From: an uncultured Bacilli bacterium
Lineage (GTDB): Bacteria > Bacillota_I > Bacilli_A > RF39 > UBA660
Reading direction: 5' to 3'
DNA: 64,000 bases
Assembly (NCBI GenBank): GCA_934085825.1
Contig: CAKOHR010000004.1
Coordinates: forward strand, 33,308-97,307
The notes below the pieces were generated by a model that worked only from the letters and a program-made list of their open reading frames with translations, had not been told where the DNA came from and did no database searches. Positions 8,509 to 18,377 of the stretch are shown piece after piece (position 1 is the stretch's first letter; each line of letters begins with the position of its first letter). The position numbers and the translations under genes are program-made.

Positions 8509-9060
8509 TCCAGAATATTTTCCATCCTTAGTTGAAATTATAATTTTTTCTCCTTCATTTATAAATAAAGGAACTTTAACTATATAACCAGTTTCAATTT
8601 TAGCATCTTTACTTGCATTTGTTGCAGTATTGCCTTTAACTGCTGGTTCTGTTTCTACTACTGTGTATTCAACCTTTTCAGGTAGTGTAATACCAATTAT
8701 TTCTCCATCATAATTGTCAATATCAATTTCTAATCCTTCTTTAATGAAATTAACATTGTCCCCTAAAACTGATGCAGGAAGTTCTATTTGTTCATATGTA
8801 GAGTTATTCATAAACACGTAAGTATCTCCCATAGCATATAGGTAACCAGCTTTAACTTTTTCGATATGAGCTTTAGTTATTTTAATATTGGTATTAAAGG
8901 TATCTTCTGTAACTGCTCCAGTTCTTAAATTTCTTCTTTTAATTCTTACAAAAGCAGGTCCTTTTCCAGGTTTTACATGTTGAAATTCAACGATAGTATA
9001 TAAGTTACCATCCATGATAATTGTCATACCATTTTTGATATCATTAATATTAATATCCAT
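8500..9060 (-). CDS. efp: Elongation factor P
   Basis: 186 aa; VEFQHVKPGKGPAFVRIKRRNLRTGAV... canonical EF-P with KPGKG loop. Confidence 0.9.
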   Translation of the reverse strand: MDININDIKNGMTIIMDGNLYTIVEFQHVKPGKGPAFVRIKRRNLRTGAVTEDTFNTNIKITKAHIEKVKAGYLYAMGDTYVFMNNSTYEQIELPASVLGDNVNFIKEGLEIDIDNYDGEIIGITLPEKVEYTVVETEPAVKGNTATNASKDAKIETGYIVKVPLFINEGEKIIISTKDGKYSGRA

Positions 9061-9078
9061 ATCTAATCCTCTTTTCTA

Positions 9079-9243
9079 TTATTTCTTTTCTTTAGCAGTT
9101 ACTGTCTTTCTACATTTTGGACAGTATCTATTTAATTCTAGACGGTCTGGAGTATTCTTTTTATTTTTACTAACTGGGCGTAATTCAAAACCACAAACAG
9201 AACATCTCATAGTTACTTCACTACGATTTTCCTTTTTTGCCAT
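9079..9243 (-). CDS. rpmG: 50S ribosomal protein L33 (not in ORF track, <60 aa)
   Basis: Minus-strand translation MAKKENRSEVTMRCSVCGFELRPVSKNKKNTPDRLELNRYCPKCRKTVTAKEKK; CxxC...CxxC zinc ribbon and NKKNTPDRLEL signature of L33; AGGAGG RBS (rc of 9251-9256). Confidence 0.8.
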   Translation of the reverse strand: MAKKENRSEVTMRCSVCGFELRPVSKNKKNTPDRLELNRYCPKCRKTVTAKEKK

Positions 9244-9358
9244 AATTATTCCTCCTCACTTAAATAATTCTTTTTAATTATACCAAAATTACAACATTTT
9301 TCAACTAATTTAATGTAATTTTGTTTAAAATTGCTAAATTTCTTATTTATTTAATTAA

Positions 9359-10228
9359 TTATTTCTTTACATATAATTTTATATTACCATTTTGGTATTC
9401 TTTTATAATATTAATCCAAAGATCATTGATAACATTTCTTTCTTTTTTAGGATGTACTAAAAATCTTATAGTAAGTTCAATGTGATCTTCATTATATTCT
9501 GTATATATAATTGGCTTTAGATTATTATAATATATTCTATATGATCCACTGGCTTCATCAATTGCTCTATCCATTTTTTTAGGGATTGAACTTATAACAG
9601 TATTTTTATTAACTATTTCATATAATTTTTTCTTGTGAACATCTATATCTGCATCAGGATCAACACTTACTATCATCTCTGACCAAATATATTTAAAAGC
9701 TGCGGTATAGTTTTTTAGTGGTTCAGCAAAGATTTTGGAATTGGGTATGTTTACAATAATTCCACTACTTTGTTCTCCATTTACTCTATCTCCAAGGGAT
9801 AATACTTTAAAGCTCATACTACTTATTAAAACTACATCACCTTTAACATCATTTATTTCAATACGATCTTCCACGGTAAAAGGCTTAGATACTTTTATAT
9901 AAAGACCAGCAATTAAATTAAGTATTACTTCCCTTAAAGCAATAGTTGCTCCAGCAGAAATAAATGATATGATGGTTACTACATTTTGTAAATGACCTTC
10001 CCAAAGAAGAAATATACAGAAAAACATAACTATGTTGCTAATCACATTTATAGATTGGTTAAATTTAAATACATTTCTACTTGAATGATTACTTAAAGAA
10101 TATAACCTACTTACTATTTTACTAAAAATTTTAATTCCTAGCACAACAATTAATGAAATGATAACTAATACAATATATTCGTTATTTATACCGGTTGCCC
10201 CCTTTAGATCATTTATAATACTATTCAT
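9359..10228 (-). CDS. mscS: Small-conductance mechanosensitive channel (MscS family)
   Basis: 289 aa, three N-terminal TM helices then AGATIALREVILNLIAGLYIKVSKPFTVEDRIEINDVKGDV beta-domain signature. Confidence 0.8.
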   Translation of the reverse strand: MNSIINDLKGATGINNEYIVLVIISLIVVLGIKIFSKIVSRLYSLSNHSSRNVFKFNQSINVISNIVMFFCIFLLWEGHLQNVVTIISFISAGATIALREVILNLIAGLYIKVSKPFTVEDRIEINDVKGDVVLISSMSFKVLSLGDRVNGEQSSGIIVNIPNSKIFAEPLKNYTAAFKYIWSEMIVSVDPDADIDVHKKKLYEIVNKNTVISSIPKKMDRAIDEASGSYRIYYNNLKPIIYTEYNEDHIELTIRFLVHPKKERNVINDLWINIIKEYQNGNIKLYVKK

Positions 10229-10334
10229 TATTATTCACCCCTCCATGTAAGGACTACTATAATAACATATTTTAGTACTTTTGTAAGTAAAAAATAGTTT
10301 ACTTTACAAATAATATGTAAAACAAACTATTTTA

Positions 10335-11219
10335 TTAACTATCTTTTTTTACTGATGCATCATAAATTTCTGCAATTGTGCTATTTAATGTTTTTTCAAA
10401 TTCTTCATCACTCATGGTTGCATTTAATCCTTCTAGTAATGCTCTGGAAAATGATGCTATCATTTTCTTATTTTGTTTTAATTTTTCACAAGCTATGCTT
10501 CTTTCATAACCTCCAGATAAGGCTACAATTCTTAAAACATTTTTATGACGAAGTAATTCATTATAATAATTTGGAACATCTGGTAGTGTAAATTTAAATA
10601 TTAAGTAATCTTCTTTTTTGGTTTTATCTAAATTTCTTAAAATTTCACTTCTCATATAAGTTTCAATTTGCTTTTTACCCGGAGAATTAATGTCTACCTC
10701 TGGTTCTATAATAGGAATTAAACCATGAGAAATTATAATTTTTGCTAGTTTAAATTGCTCATCAATTACTTTTTTTATTCCATATTCGTTATATTCTTTT
10801 ATAACTGAACGCATCTTAGTTCCAATTATCCCATAACTTTTAGCTTTTTCTAGTCTTTCTTCTAAATTAGGTATTTCTTTTAAAAGTTGAACTCCTCCAT
10901 CTAAATCTTCTAAACCAACATCGATTTTTAAGAAACTAGGAATTCCTTTTTGTTTTAGATATTCAACCGTGTTTATACCATTAATATCTCTTTCCATTGT
11001 ATTTTCAAATAAAATTACACCTAGTATTCTATCATCAAAAGCCTTGTTTGTAATTACTCTAGAACGCATCTTATGAATGTAATCAAACATTACTTCATCA
11101 CTAGTTATTAACTCTTCACTTATTCCATACCTAGCAAGTGTTTTTTTACTACTTCCTCCACTTTGGTCTAGTGCTGCTATAAATCCTTTCTTATTTTTTA
11201 AAGTTTCAATTATTTCCAT
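10335..11219 (-). CDS. fda: Class I fructose-bisphosphate aldolase
   Basis: GFIAALDQSGGS...ILFEQTM...IIEPEV...VALSGGY motifs as in staphylococcal/clostridial class I Fda. Confidence 0.9.
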   Translation of the reverse strand: MEIIETLKNKKGFIAALDQSGGSSKKTLARYGISEELITSDEVMFDYIHKMRSRVITNKAFDDRILGVILFENTMERDINGINTVEYLKQKGIPSFLKIDVGLEDLDGGVQLLKEIPNLEERLEKAKSYGIIGTKMRSVIKEYNEYGIKKVIDEQFKLAKIIISHGLIPIIEPEVDINSPGKKQIETYMRSEILRNLDKTKKEDYLIFKFTLPDVPNYYNELLRHKNVLRIVALSGGYERSIACEKLKQNKKMIASFSRALLEGLNATMSDEEFEKTLNSTIAEIYDASVKKDS

Positions 11220-12162
11220 TTCTTACCTCCATTTTTATTAATTTTGCATGTAATACAACTCTGTCACTTTCTTTATAACATGTTGATAGAGTTAGTATTT
11301 TGTCTTTTTCATTTAAGTTTACATCAAATTTAAATTCACTTCTATTTTGAATCATATTTAAAAAGTCTATATATTTTTCATTATCATTAAAAGTTGTCTT
11401 TAGATAGTCACTTGTTTCTGGTATTCGATAAATACTAAATACTTGCCACATCGTATTTTCATATTCTGTAGAAATCTTAACAATGTGATTATTTTTATTG
11501 CTATACCAGTTGCTTTCAATTATATTTTTCAAAGAACCAAACATGGTTCCATTTATTCTTCCATGGGCATAAATTATAGTATTTTGGTCAAAGTTTTGTA
11601 AATTATTACGATAGTCCATAAATACCCAGCCTGCTGAATTATATTTCTTATTGAAATCTTTTTTTAAATAGTAGCTGTTATCAGATGTTTGAACAAATGG
11701 ATAATTAATATTTGTTCCATTTACTTGAATCCATCCTGCAGTATCATTATTTTGAACTTTTAACTGCGCAAAATCAACATTAATTAAATTCATTTTAATG
11801 TAATCCCAATATGGATTATCTAATTTCTCTTCTGGAGGATTTATTATTTGAGTATTTACTGAATCTTCTACCTCATCAACTTCTACATTTTCATTTATTT
11901 TTTCTAATTCTTTAGCAGTATTTTTATTATCAAATATCCATCTAATAATATTGCTAACTGAATAAATACTAAGTGTAGCAAATAATATAAATAACACAAT
12001 AGCATATTTCTTTTTTAATATTAGTTTCTTTTTCTTTCTTTTTAAACAAATTTCTTTGGAATTATCTTTTTCTTTTATAGTATTTTTTTCTAAAAGTCGG
12101 TTCCTTGTTTTAACCTTTTTTTTATTTGATTTATTTTTATAACTGTTTCTTTTAGCATTCAT
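11206..12162 (-). CDS. srtB: Class B sortase, membrane-anchored
   Basis: TAGWIQVNGTNINYPFVQTSDNSYYL...NTIIYAHGRINGTMFGSL...ILTLSTCYKESDRVVLHAKL (TLSTC catalytic Cys, conserved His/Arg); N-terminal basic tail plus TM. Confidence 0.8.
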   Translation of the reverse strand: MNAKRNSYKNKSNKKKVKTRNRLLEKNTIKEKDNSKEICLKRKKKKLILKKKYAIVLFILFATLSIYSVSNIIRWIFDNKNTAKELEKINENVEVDEVEDSVNTQIINPPEEKLDNPYWDYIKMNLINVDFAQLKVQNNDTAGWIQVNGTNINYPFVQTSDNSYYLKKDFNKKYNSAGWVFMDYRNNLQNFDQNTIIYAHGRINGTMFGSLKNIIESNWYSNKNNHIVKISTEYENTMWQVFSIYRIPETSDYLKTTFNDNEKYIDFLNMIQNRSEFKFDVNLNEKDKILTLSTCYKESDRVVLHAKLIKMEVRNGNN

Positions 12163-12178
12163 AACTATTTGCTCATTT

Positions 12179-12685
12179 CTATTTATCTAATTCTATTTCA
12201 ATTTTATACCCTATTTTACTATCAAGTTTTCGATAAACAACACCACATTCATCAAATAATTTCCTTGAAGCGATAAAGTTTACATCATCATGATACTTAT
12301 CACTTAAATATACAACTTCTTTTATACCACTTTGAATAATAGCCTTAGCACATTCATTACAAGGAAAAAGAGCTACATATATTTTTGATTCTTCTAAATC
12401 CCTTTTGCTACCACGAAAATTAAGGATTGCATTTAGTTCTGCATGACAAACATATAAGTATTTGGTTTCTAAAGGATTTCCTTCTCTATCCCACGGGAAA
12501 GCATCGTCATGGAAACCATTCGGAGCGCCGTTGTATCCAATAGATAAAATTCTGTTATCATCACTTACAATGCAAGCTCCGACTTGAGTTGATGGATCTT
12601 TACTTCTAAGCGCAGATAATTTAGCAATTCCCATGAAATATTCATCCCAAGACAAATAATCTGTTCTTTGTTTCTTTACATTCAT
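12179..12685 (-). CDS. comEB: dCMP deaminase (ComEB-type)
   Basis: CHAELNAI ... PCNECAK zinc-binding cytidine/dCMP deaminase motifs. Confidence 0.85.
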   Translation of the reverse strand: MNVKKQRTDYLSWDEYFMGIAKLSALRSKDPSTQVGACIVSDDNRILSIGYNGAPNGFHDDAFPWDREGNPLETKYLYVCHAELNAILNFRGSKRDLEESKIYVALFPCNECAKAIIQSGIKEVVYLSDKYHDDVNFIASRKLFDECGVVYRKLDSKIGYKIEIELDK

Positions 12686-12742
12686 ATTTTCACATCCTTA
12701 CTTCTCTATTGTACCAAATTTTCTAAAAAAAAAGAAGTTGTT

Positions 12743-14041
12743 TTAACACAACTTCACATATTCTTTGACTTTTTCTGGCTTTTTCAAATCAATTTCAAAG
12801 TTATTTTGATTTAGCATATCTTTTACTATTACTTTACCACTTGTAATTTCATTTTCACCAACAATGATGACATATGGAATATTTTCTCTATTAGCAAAAT
12901 CTAAACTTTTTTTAAGTTTTCTATTTCGCATTTCTATATCAACATTGTAACCATAGCTTCTAAGTTTATCTGCTAAAGACAAAGCTTCCATGTCAACTCC
13001 CATTGGAATTATATAAAACTTTATATCGGATGTATTTTTGAATTCATCACGTTTTTTTAAAATCTCATAAATAGATGTTAAACCAAAACTAATGCCAACA
13101 GCAGGATAAATTTCTCCATCGTTAATATATTCGGTAATCATTTTATCATATCTGCCGCCGCCACCAATTGAACTGGTTAAATATCCTGATTTGTCATATA
13201 CTTCAAAAACATTACCAGTATAATAATCTTGACCACGTGCTAAAGTTAAATCTAATGCACATTTATCACTAAAACCTAACTTTTCTATGTAATTCTTTAG
13301 TGTCTCAACTTCCAATAATCCTTTATTTAATTCTTCATTATTGGAACTGTTAAATTTTTCTTTTAAAGCTAATATATCCATTTTAAATATCTCTAATAAT
13401 TTATCTATTTGGTCATTTTCAAGGGTAAGCTCAATTAAGTAGGTTCTAAGTTCTTTTTCAGTAATTTTATTCATTTTATCAATTACTGTTATAACTTTGC
13501 TGATAAGTTCATCGCTTACACCAACTTCTTTTATAAGCCCACGCATTAAGTTTCTATTGTTATATTTAATTATAATATCAATGTCTAACTTTTTAAAAGC
13601 TGTTACATATAAACTTAATAATTCGGCTTCAACAAATTGACCTTCAATACCTACAACATCAGCATCGCATTGTGTAAATTCTCTATCTCTTCCCACTTTA
13701 ACTGGACCATCTCTAAAAACTTTTGATATTTCATATCTTTTAAATGGCATTGTTATATTATTTTTATTTAAAGCAATAAACTTAGCAAATGGTACTGTTA
13801 AATCATATCTTAAGCCAAGCTTTCTATCTCCTTGATCAGTTAATTTATATATTTCTTTAAGTAAATCATTATTCTCATCATACTTGTCTACTAACATATC
13901 TAAGTAGCATAAAATCGGAGTTTCAATTGAATTATAACCATACTCCATAAAAGTTTCTTTGAGTATATTATTTATGTAATTTCTAATTTTTTGTTCTTTA
14001 GGTAAAAAATCATAACCACCTTTTACATTTTGTATTTTCAT
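12743..14041 (-). CDS. hisS: Histidyl-tRNA synthetase
   Basis: 432 aa class II aaRS with HisRS motifs incl. GGGGRYD. Confidence 0.9.
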   Translation of the reverse strand: MKIQNVKGGYDFLPKEQKIRNYINNILKETFMEYGYNSIETPILCYLDMLVDKYDENNDLLKEIYKLTDQGDRKLGLRYDLTVPFAKFIALNKNNITMPFKRYEISKVFRDGPVKVGRDREFTQCDADVVGIEGQFVEAELLSLYVTAFKKLDIDIIIKYNNRNLMRGLIKEVGVSDELISKVITVIDKMNKITEKELRTYLIELTLENDQIDKLLEIFKMDILALKEKFNSSNNEELNKGLLEVETLKNYIEKLGFSDKCALDLTLARGQDYYTGNVFEVYDKSGYLTSSIGGGGRYDKMITEYINDGEIYPAVGISFGLTSIYEILKKRDEFKNTSDIKFYIIPMGVDMEALSLADKLRSYGYNVDIEMRNRKLKKSLDFANRENIPYVIIVGENEITSGKVIVKDMLNQNNFEIDLKKPEKVKEYVKLC

Positions 14042-14070
14042 ATTTTTTTAATCCTTCCTAACATTAATTA

Positions 14071-14107
14071 TTTAAAAAAAGCTATACAAGTAGTTACTTG
14101 TATAGCT
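14071..14107 (-). terminator. Leader-region intrinsic terminator ~30 nt upstream of hisS start (putative attenuator)
   Basis: AGCTATACAAGT-AACT-ACTTGTATAGCT hairpin plus U7 on minus strand; alternative pairing possible with upstream GCACTTGT/ACAAGTGC; candidate promoter TTGACA-18-TATAAT at ~14262-14296. Confidence 0.5.
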
Positions 14108-14303
14108 TATATATACAAGCACTACAATAAGCACTTGTATTTACAACCTTTAATGTCGAAGTAACAAGTGCATGATTTTATGATGATGAACTAATCTTAC
14201 TAAGTATTCTTTCATAAAATACATCCCTTTCAAAGTAAGTACATTATAACACAACTATATTATATTTGTCAAAACCTATATCAATATCATATGATTTTTA
14301 AAT

Positions 14304-14450
14304 AGAACAAAACTAAATTTCTAACGAAATTCAAGTATCAGTGTTACCTCACGGTAACACTTTTCTGTTTTGCTGAAAACCAAGGCTTCCTAAGCAGATC
14401 AACTTCGGATGGTCGCCACCCTACTATTACGATTTTTTTGTTCTTATTTA
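14304..14450 (-). ncRNA. Putative TnpB omega-RNA / IS right-end region
   Basis: Region immediately 3' of and overlapping tnpB stop on minus strand, containing stable hairpins (14341-14360 and others); position matches where omega-RNAs are encoded in IS605 elements. Confidence 0.4.
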
Positions 14451-15503
14451 CATCATGCTTTCTTTCATATATATTTTCAAACCCTCAAACATTATATTTT
14501 CACTTGCGTTTATATCTCTATCATGTTCAAATCCACATCTTGGACATATCCATTTTCTTAAACTTAAATTTTTTACTTCTTCATTTTTATATTCACATCT
14601 ATTGCAAACCTCGCTACTTGGATAATATTTATTTATATTAATTACTTTTTTACCTAACCAATCTGCTTTGTATTTTAATGCGCTAAGTAAATCTCCCATT
14701 GTTACCTTATTTAAGTGTTTGGCTATGCTATGGACTTGATACATGCTTTTGACATCTAATGTTTCTACTGCTACGGTGTCATTTTCTTTTAATATTTTAT
14801 TTGCAAGTTTATATATCATATGTTTTCTGGCATTTTATATCTATTCTTACTTCCAGGTTTACATCTAGCTAAGCCTTTTTGTTATCCTTTTAATCTTTTT
14901 TCTTTTACTTTTACCTCATTTTTTAGTTTTTCTCCATATGAAGTAATTATAAAATCTTTGATGCCTAATCTAATCCCAGGATTGATGTTGGATTTATAGT
15001 TGGTTTAGTAAATAGCGTTTCTATTAATACGCTTACAAAGTATTTTTTTGCATCTTTACTAATTGTTGCTGACTTTATTTTTTTAATGTTTCTATATCCT
15101 CGAAACTTTACTTTTTTTAGTTTTGGTAATGTTATTACTTTATTTTTTAAATCTATTCTTATACTTTCATATTTAATATTTTTGTATTCATTTAATGTGT
15201 TATTTGTTGTATAACTTTCATGTTCTCCTTTTCTTCTAAATCTTGGATAAGCATTTCCACGAAAAAAGTTCTTAAATGCACCATCTAATTTAATACACAT
15301 TTTTGAAGCACACATGAATCCACTTCTTTAAGCCATTTTTTTCTTTCTTTAAATCAGTAAGTTCTTTTAACTCATCATAAGCACTTAATTTAATTTTGTT
15401 TTCTTCATATTTCTCTTTTCTTTCTGATAGGAATTTATTGAAAACAAATCTCGTACTTCAAAAATTTTTATCTATCATTATCTTTTGCTTTATATATAGT
15501 CAT
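14448..15503 (-). pseudogene. tnpB: tnpB (IS605 OrfB / RNA-guided nuclease) disrupted by frameshifts and in-frame stops
   Basis: Pieces in three frames: MTIYKAKDNDR*, ...LDGAFKNFFRGNAYPRFRRKGE...PTSILGLDLGIKDFII (RuvC-I), ...LARCKPGSKNRYKMPENI..., C-terminal piece with zinc ribbon CNRCEY...CPRCGFEHDRDINASENI. Confidence 0.7.
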
Positions 15504-15757
15504 TATAATGCCTCCCTGATAATTGAATTATATCATATGTTCGGTCACATAACCAGATTTATTTTTACAAAATTTTGATGACTTTCTTATTATACAAAAA
15601 AAATAAAGCTTAATTTGTAAGCCCTATTTTTAAAGTGAATTGGAAACCAATTTCACACTATCCCTTTTATTCTAGCTACTGCTAGCTTAGTTATATTATA
15701 TTCTATTTACTTTTACTTTGCAATATAATTTACACACTGTTTTACAATCTATTTACA

Positions 15758-16441
15758 TTATCTAATCATAACTTGTTTTAATTTTCTAACAACCTTCTTT
15801 TCAATTCTGGAAATATAAGATTGGCTTATTCCTAGCATTTCAGCTACTTCCTTCTGAGTATATTCTTTAGTGTTATTTAGTCCATATCTAAGCGTCATTA
15901 TCTCTTTATCTCTATCTGGAAGTTCTTTTATTTCTTTAGATAAAACCTCTTTATCCACTTGTTTTTCATATTCACTTGGAACTAAATCAATTTCTGTACC
16001 AAGAATATCTTCAAGATGAAGTTCATTGCCATCAGCATCATAGTTTAAGGCATCTTCCAAGGATACTTCGGCTTTTTTACGTTTATTTTTTCTTAGAAAC
16101 ATTAAAATCTCATTAGAAATACATCTTGATGCATAAGTTGCTAGTTTAATATTTTTATCAATTTTATAGGTATTAATTCCCTTGATCAAGCCAATGGAAC
16201 CAATACTTACTAAATCTTCAATATCATAAGTGGTGTTTTCATACTTTTTAGCTAAAAATACCACTAATCGTAAATTATGTTCAATTAAAATATTTCTAGC
16301 TTCTTCATCTCCAGCTTTAGCACGAATTAAATATTTTAATTCCTCTTCTTTGGAAAGTGGTGGTGGTAATTTATCTGTTGCTCCCACAAAAAATACTTCA
16401 TTGTACTTACTTAACAGCCATTCAATTAATTTTCTAAACAT
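15758..16441 (-). CDS. sigE: Sporulation sigma factor sigma-E (pro-sigma-E)
   Basis: 227 aa; ...EVFFVGATDKLPPPLSKEEE...NLRLVV...ATYASRCISNEILMFLR...ISQSYISRIEKK; immediately downstream of spoIIGA. Confidence 0.9.
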   Translation of the reverse strand: MFRKLIEWLLSKYNEVFFVGATDKLPPPLSKEEELKYLIRAKAGDEEARNILIEHNLRLVVFLAKKYENTTYDIEDLVSIGSIGLIKGINTYKIDKNIKLATYASRCISNEILMFLRKNKRKKAEVSLEDALNYDADGNELHLEDILGTEIDLVPSEYEKQVDKEVLSKEIKELPDRDKEIMTLRYGLNNTKEYTQKEVAEMLGISQSYISRIEKKVVRKLKQVMIR

Positions 16442-17238
16442 ATATCCTCCAATAATTTATAATTAAGTAAAACGTCTACTCCATTTAAATTAAATTTTTC
16501 ATTACTTACTCCTACTAAGTAATTTGTAAAAATTTGATTATTTACTTTTATATACTTAATTTTAAAGCATTCAATCAATCCACATTTATTAAGAGCCCTA
16601 TATGGGACATACATTGGACTTCTTATATTTATATAACTAGATAAAAGTTTTTTAGACATGATAATAACATATTTTTTACTTATGGGATCACGAAGTTTAT
16701 TTCCTGAATCTATGAAACCACTACATGATAAAACTTTACCATTATTAAATATTATTTCTAACTTACAATTAAAATTATATGTTGATTTGTACTTTTTATG
16801 TTCATAAATATATAATCCAAGTATTATAGGTCCAAGTATTAAAAGAAGTAGATAGTTTATGTTCATTTTATCAAAATAGAAAACTAATCCTTCTCTTTTG
16901 TAACTAAATTCAATATCTAATAGATAAAGAAAACCTCCTAATATGACACTGCACATATATAAGTATAATAAATTAGTAAATGTATATTTAATATTTTTGT
17001 ATTTGAAGGCTACTAGGATCATTATGATACTTACTAAAATTTTTAGTACAAATAAAATTAGTTTATTAAATGGTAAAAATAAAATAATTAGTGATAAAGA
17101 CCCGATTATACTTGATATTATGAGTCTTATAAAGTTCATATGTCTTTTAAGTGTTATATCTATTGTCATAAGAAGTAGTAAATCATAGATAAAATTAAGC
17201 ATAAAAACTAAATCTAAGTATATCTTCATCTTTATCAC
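16426..17238 (-). CDS. spoIIGA: Sigma-E processing peptidase SpoIIGA
   Basis: Polytopic membrane N-terminus and C-terminal aspartic protease motif GFIDSGNKLRDPIS. Confidence 0.8.
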   Translation of the reverse strand: MIKMKIYLDLVFMLNFIYDLLLLMTIDITLKRHMNFIRLIISSIIGSLSLIILFLPFNKLILFVLKILVSIIMILVAFKYKNIKYTFTNLLYLYMCSVILGGFLYLLDIEFSYKREGLVFYFDKMNINYLLLLILGPIILGLYIYEHKKYKSTYNFNCKLEIIFNNGKVLSCSGFIDSGNKLRDPISKKYVIIMSKKLLSSYINIRSPMYVPYRALNKCGLIECFKIKYIKVNNQIFTNYLVGVSNEKFNLNGVDVLLNYKLLEDICLEN

Positions 17239-17301
17239 CAGTTTAATTATACAAAAAAAAACAACAATAATTTGTTGCTTTTTGTCGATGTTCTTTAATT
17301 T

Positions 17302-18363
17302 TTAATAATTGTCACTTCTTAAGAATGGTGGAATTTCATATTCATCATCTATTTCTGGAGTTTGTCTTCTTTTTTGAACATGAACTTCATCACTAAATAA
17401 AGCTTCTTCACCAACTTCTTCATCAAATCCAGTTGCTATTACTGTAACAATTACTTCATCAGTTAAATTGTCATTTTTTATAGCTCCGAAGATTATATTG
17501 ATATCTGAGTTTGCAGCTTCTCTAACTGTTTCTACAGCATCTTCAATTTCAAATAATGTAAGATTTTTACCACCAGTTACGTTAACAATTGCATTTGTTG
17601 CTCCTTCAATTGTAGCTTCCAAAAGTGAATTTGATACGGCTTGTCTAGCAGCCTCAATTGCTCTATTTTCGCCAGCATTGCAGCCAATACCAATAATAGC
17701 AGTTCCACTTTTTTCCATAACTGTTTTAACATCTGCAAAGTCTAGATTGATAACTCCAGTAACTGCAATCAAATCTGATATTGATTGAACACCTCTGTGA
17801 AGTACATTATCTACTTCTTTAAATGCATCTTCAAAACTTGTAGTTTTATCAATTAATTCTCTTAATCTATCATTTGGTATAATAATTAAGCTATCAACAT
17901 GAGTTCTAAGTTCTTCTAAACCGCATAGTGCATTTTCCATTCTCTTTTTTCCTTCAAATCTAAATGGCTTAGTTACTATTCCAACAGTTAAAGCTCCCAT
18001 ATCTTGAGCAATTTCAGCAATAATTGGGGCAGCACCAGTACCTGTTCCACCACCAAGTCCACAGGCAACAAATACCATATCTGCTCCTTGTAAAGCTTCT
18101 TCTAATTCATTTTTACTTTCTAAAGCCGCACTTCTTCCAACTTCTGGGTTAGCTCCAGCACCTCTTCCTCCTGTAATATTTTTTCCTATTTGTATTTTAT
18201 TTTGACATAATGAAGCATTTAAAACTTGTAAATCTGTATTAACTACATAAAATTCAACACTTTTAACTCCTTCTTCTATCATTCGGTTAACAGCGTTACA
18301 TCCACCGCCACCTACACCAATTACTTTAATCTTGGCTATTTGATCCATCTGTAATCCATTCAT
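17302..18363 (-). CDS. ftsZ: Cell division protein FtsZ
   Basis: [17 protein letters not shown]...[13 protein letters not shown] tubulin signature. Confidence 0.95.
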   Translation of the reverse strand: MNGLQMDQIAKIKVIGVGGGGCNAVNRMIEEGVKSVEFYVVNTDLQVLNASLCQNKIQIGKNITGGRGAGANPEVGRSAALESKNELEEALQGADMVFVACGLGGGTGTGAAPIIAEIAQDMGALTVGIVTKPFRFEGKKRMENALCGLEELRTHVDSLIIIPNDRLRELIDKTTSFEDAFKEVDNVLHRGVQSISDLIAVTGVINLDFADVKTVMEKSGTAIIGIGCNAGENRAIEAARQAVSNSLLEATIEGATNAIVNVTGGKNLTLFEIEDAVETVREAANSDINIIFGAIKNDNLTDEVIVTVIATGFDEEVGEEALFSDEVHVQKRRQTPEIDDEYEIPPFLRSDNY

Positions 18364-18377
18364 AATTTTCTCTCCCT

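Larger units (their letters stand above)
14302..15600 (-). mobile_element. IS200/IS605-family element, IS1341-like (tnpB only), degraded
   Basis: Frameshifted tnpB plus right-end region with hairpin GTGTTACCGTGAGGTAACAC; same right-end sequence recurs at 63931-64000; left boundary approximate. Confidence 0.55.

Noticed and set aside
14403-14436. T-box-like motif AGGGTGGCGACCATC (minus strand) near hisS
   Set aside because: It lies inside the conserved IS605-family right end, ~380 nt upstream of hisS and beyond the candidate hisS promoter. It is not part of a T-box leader.
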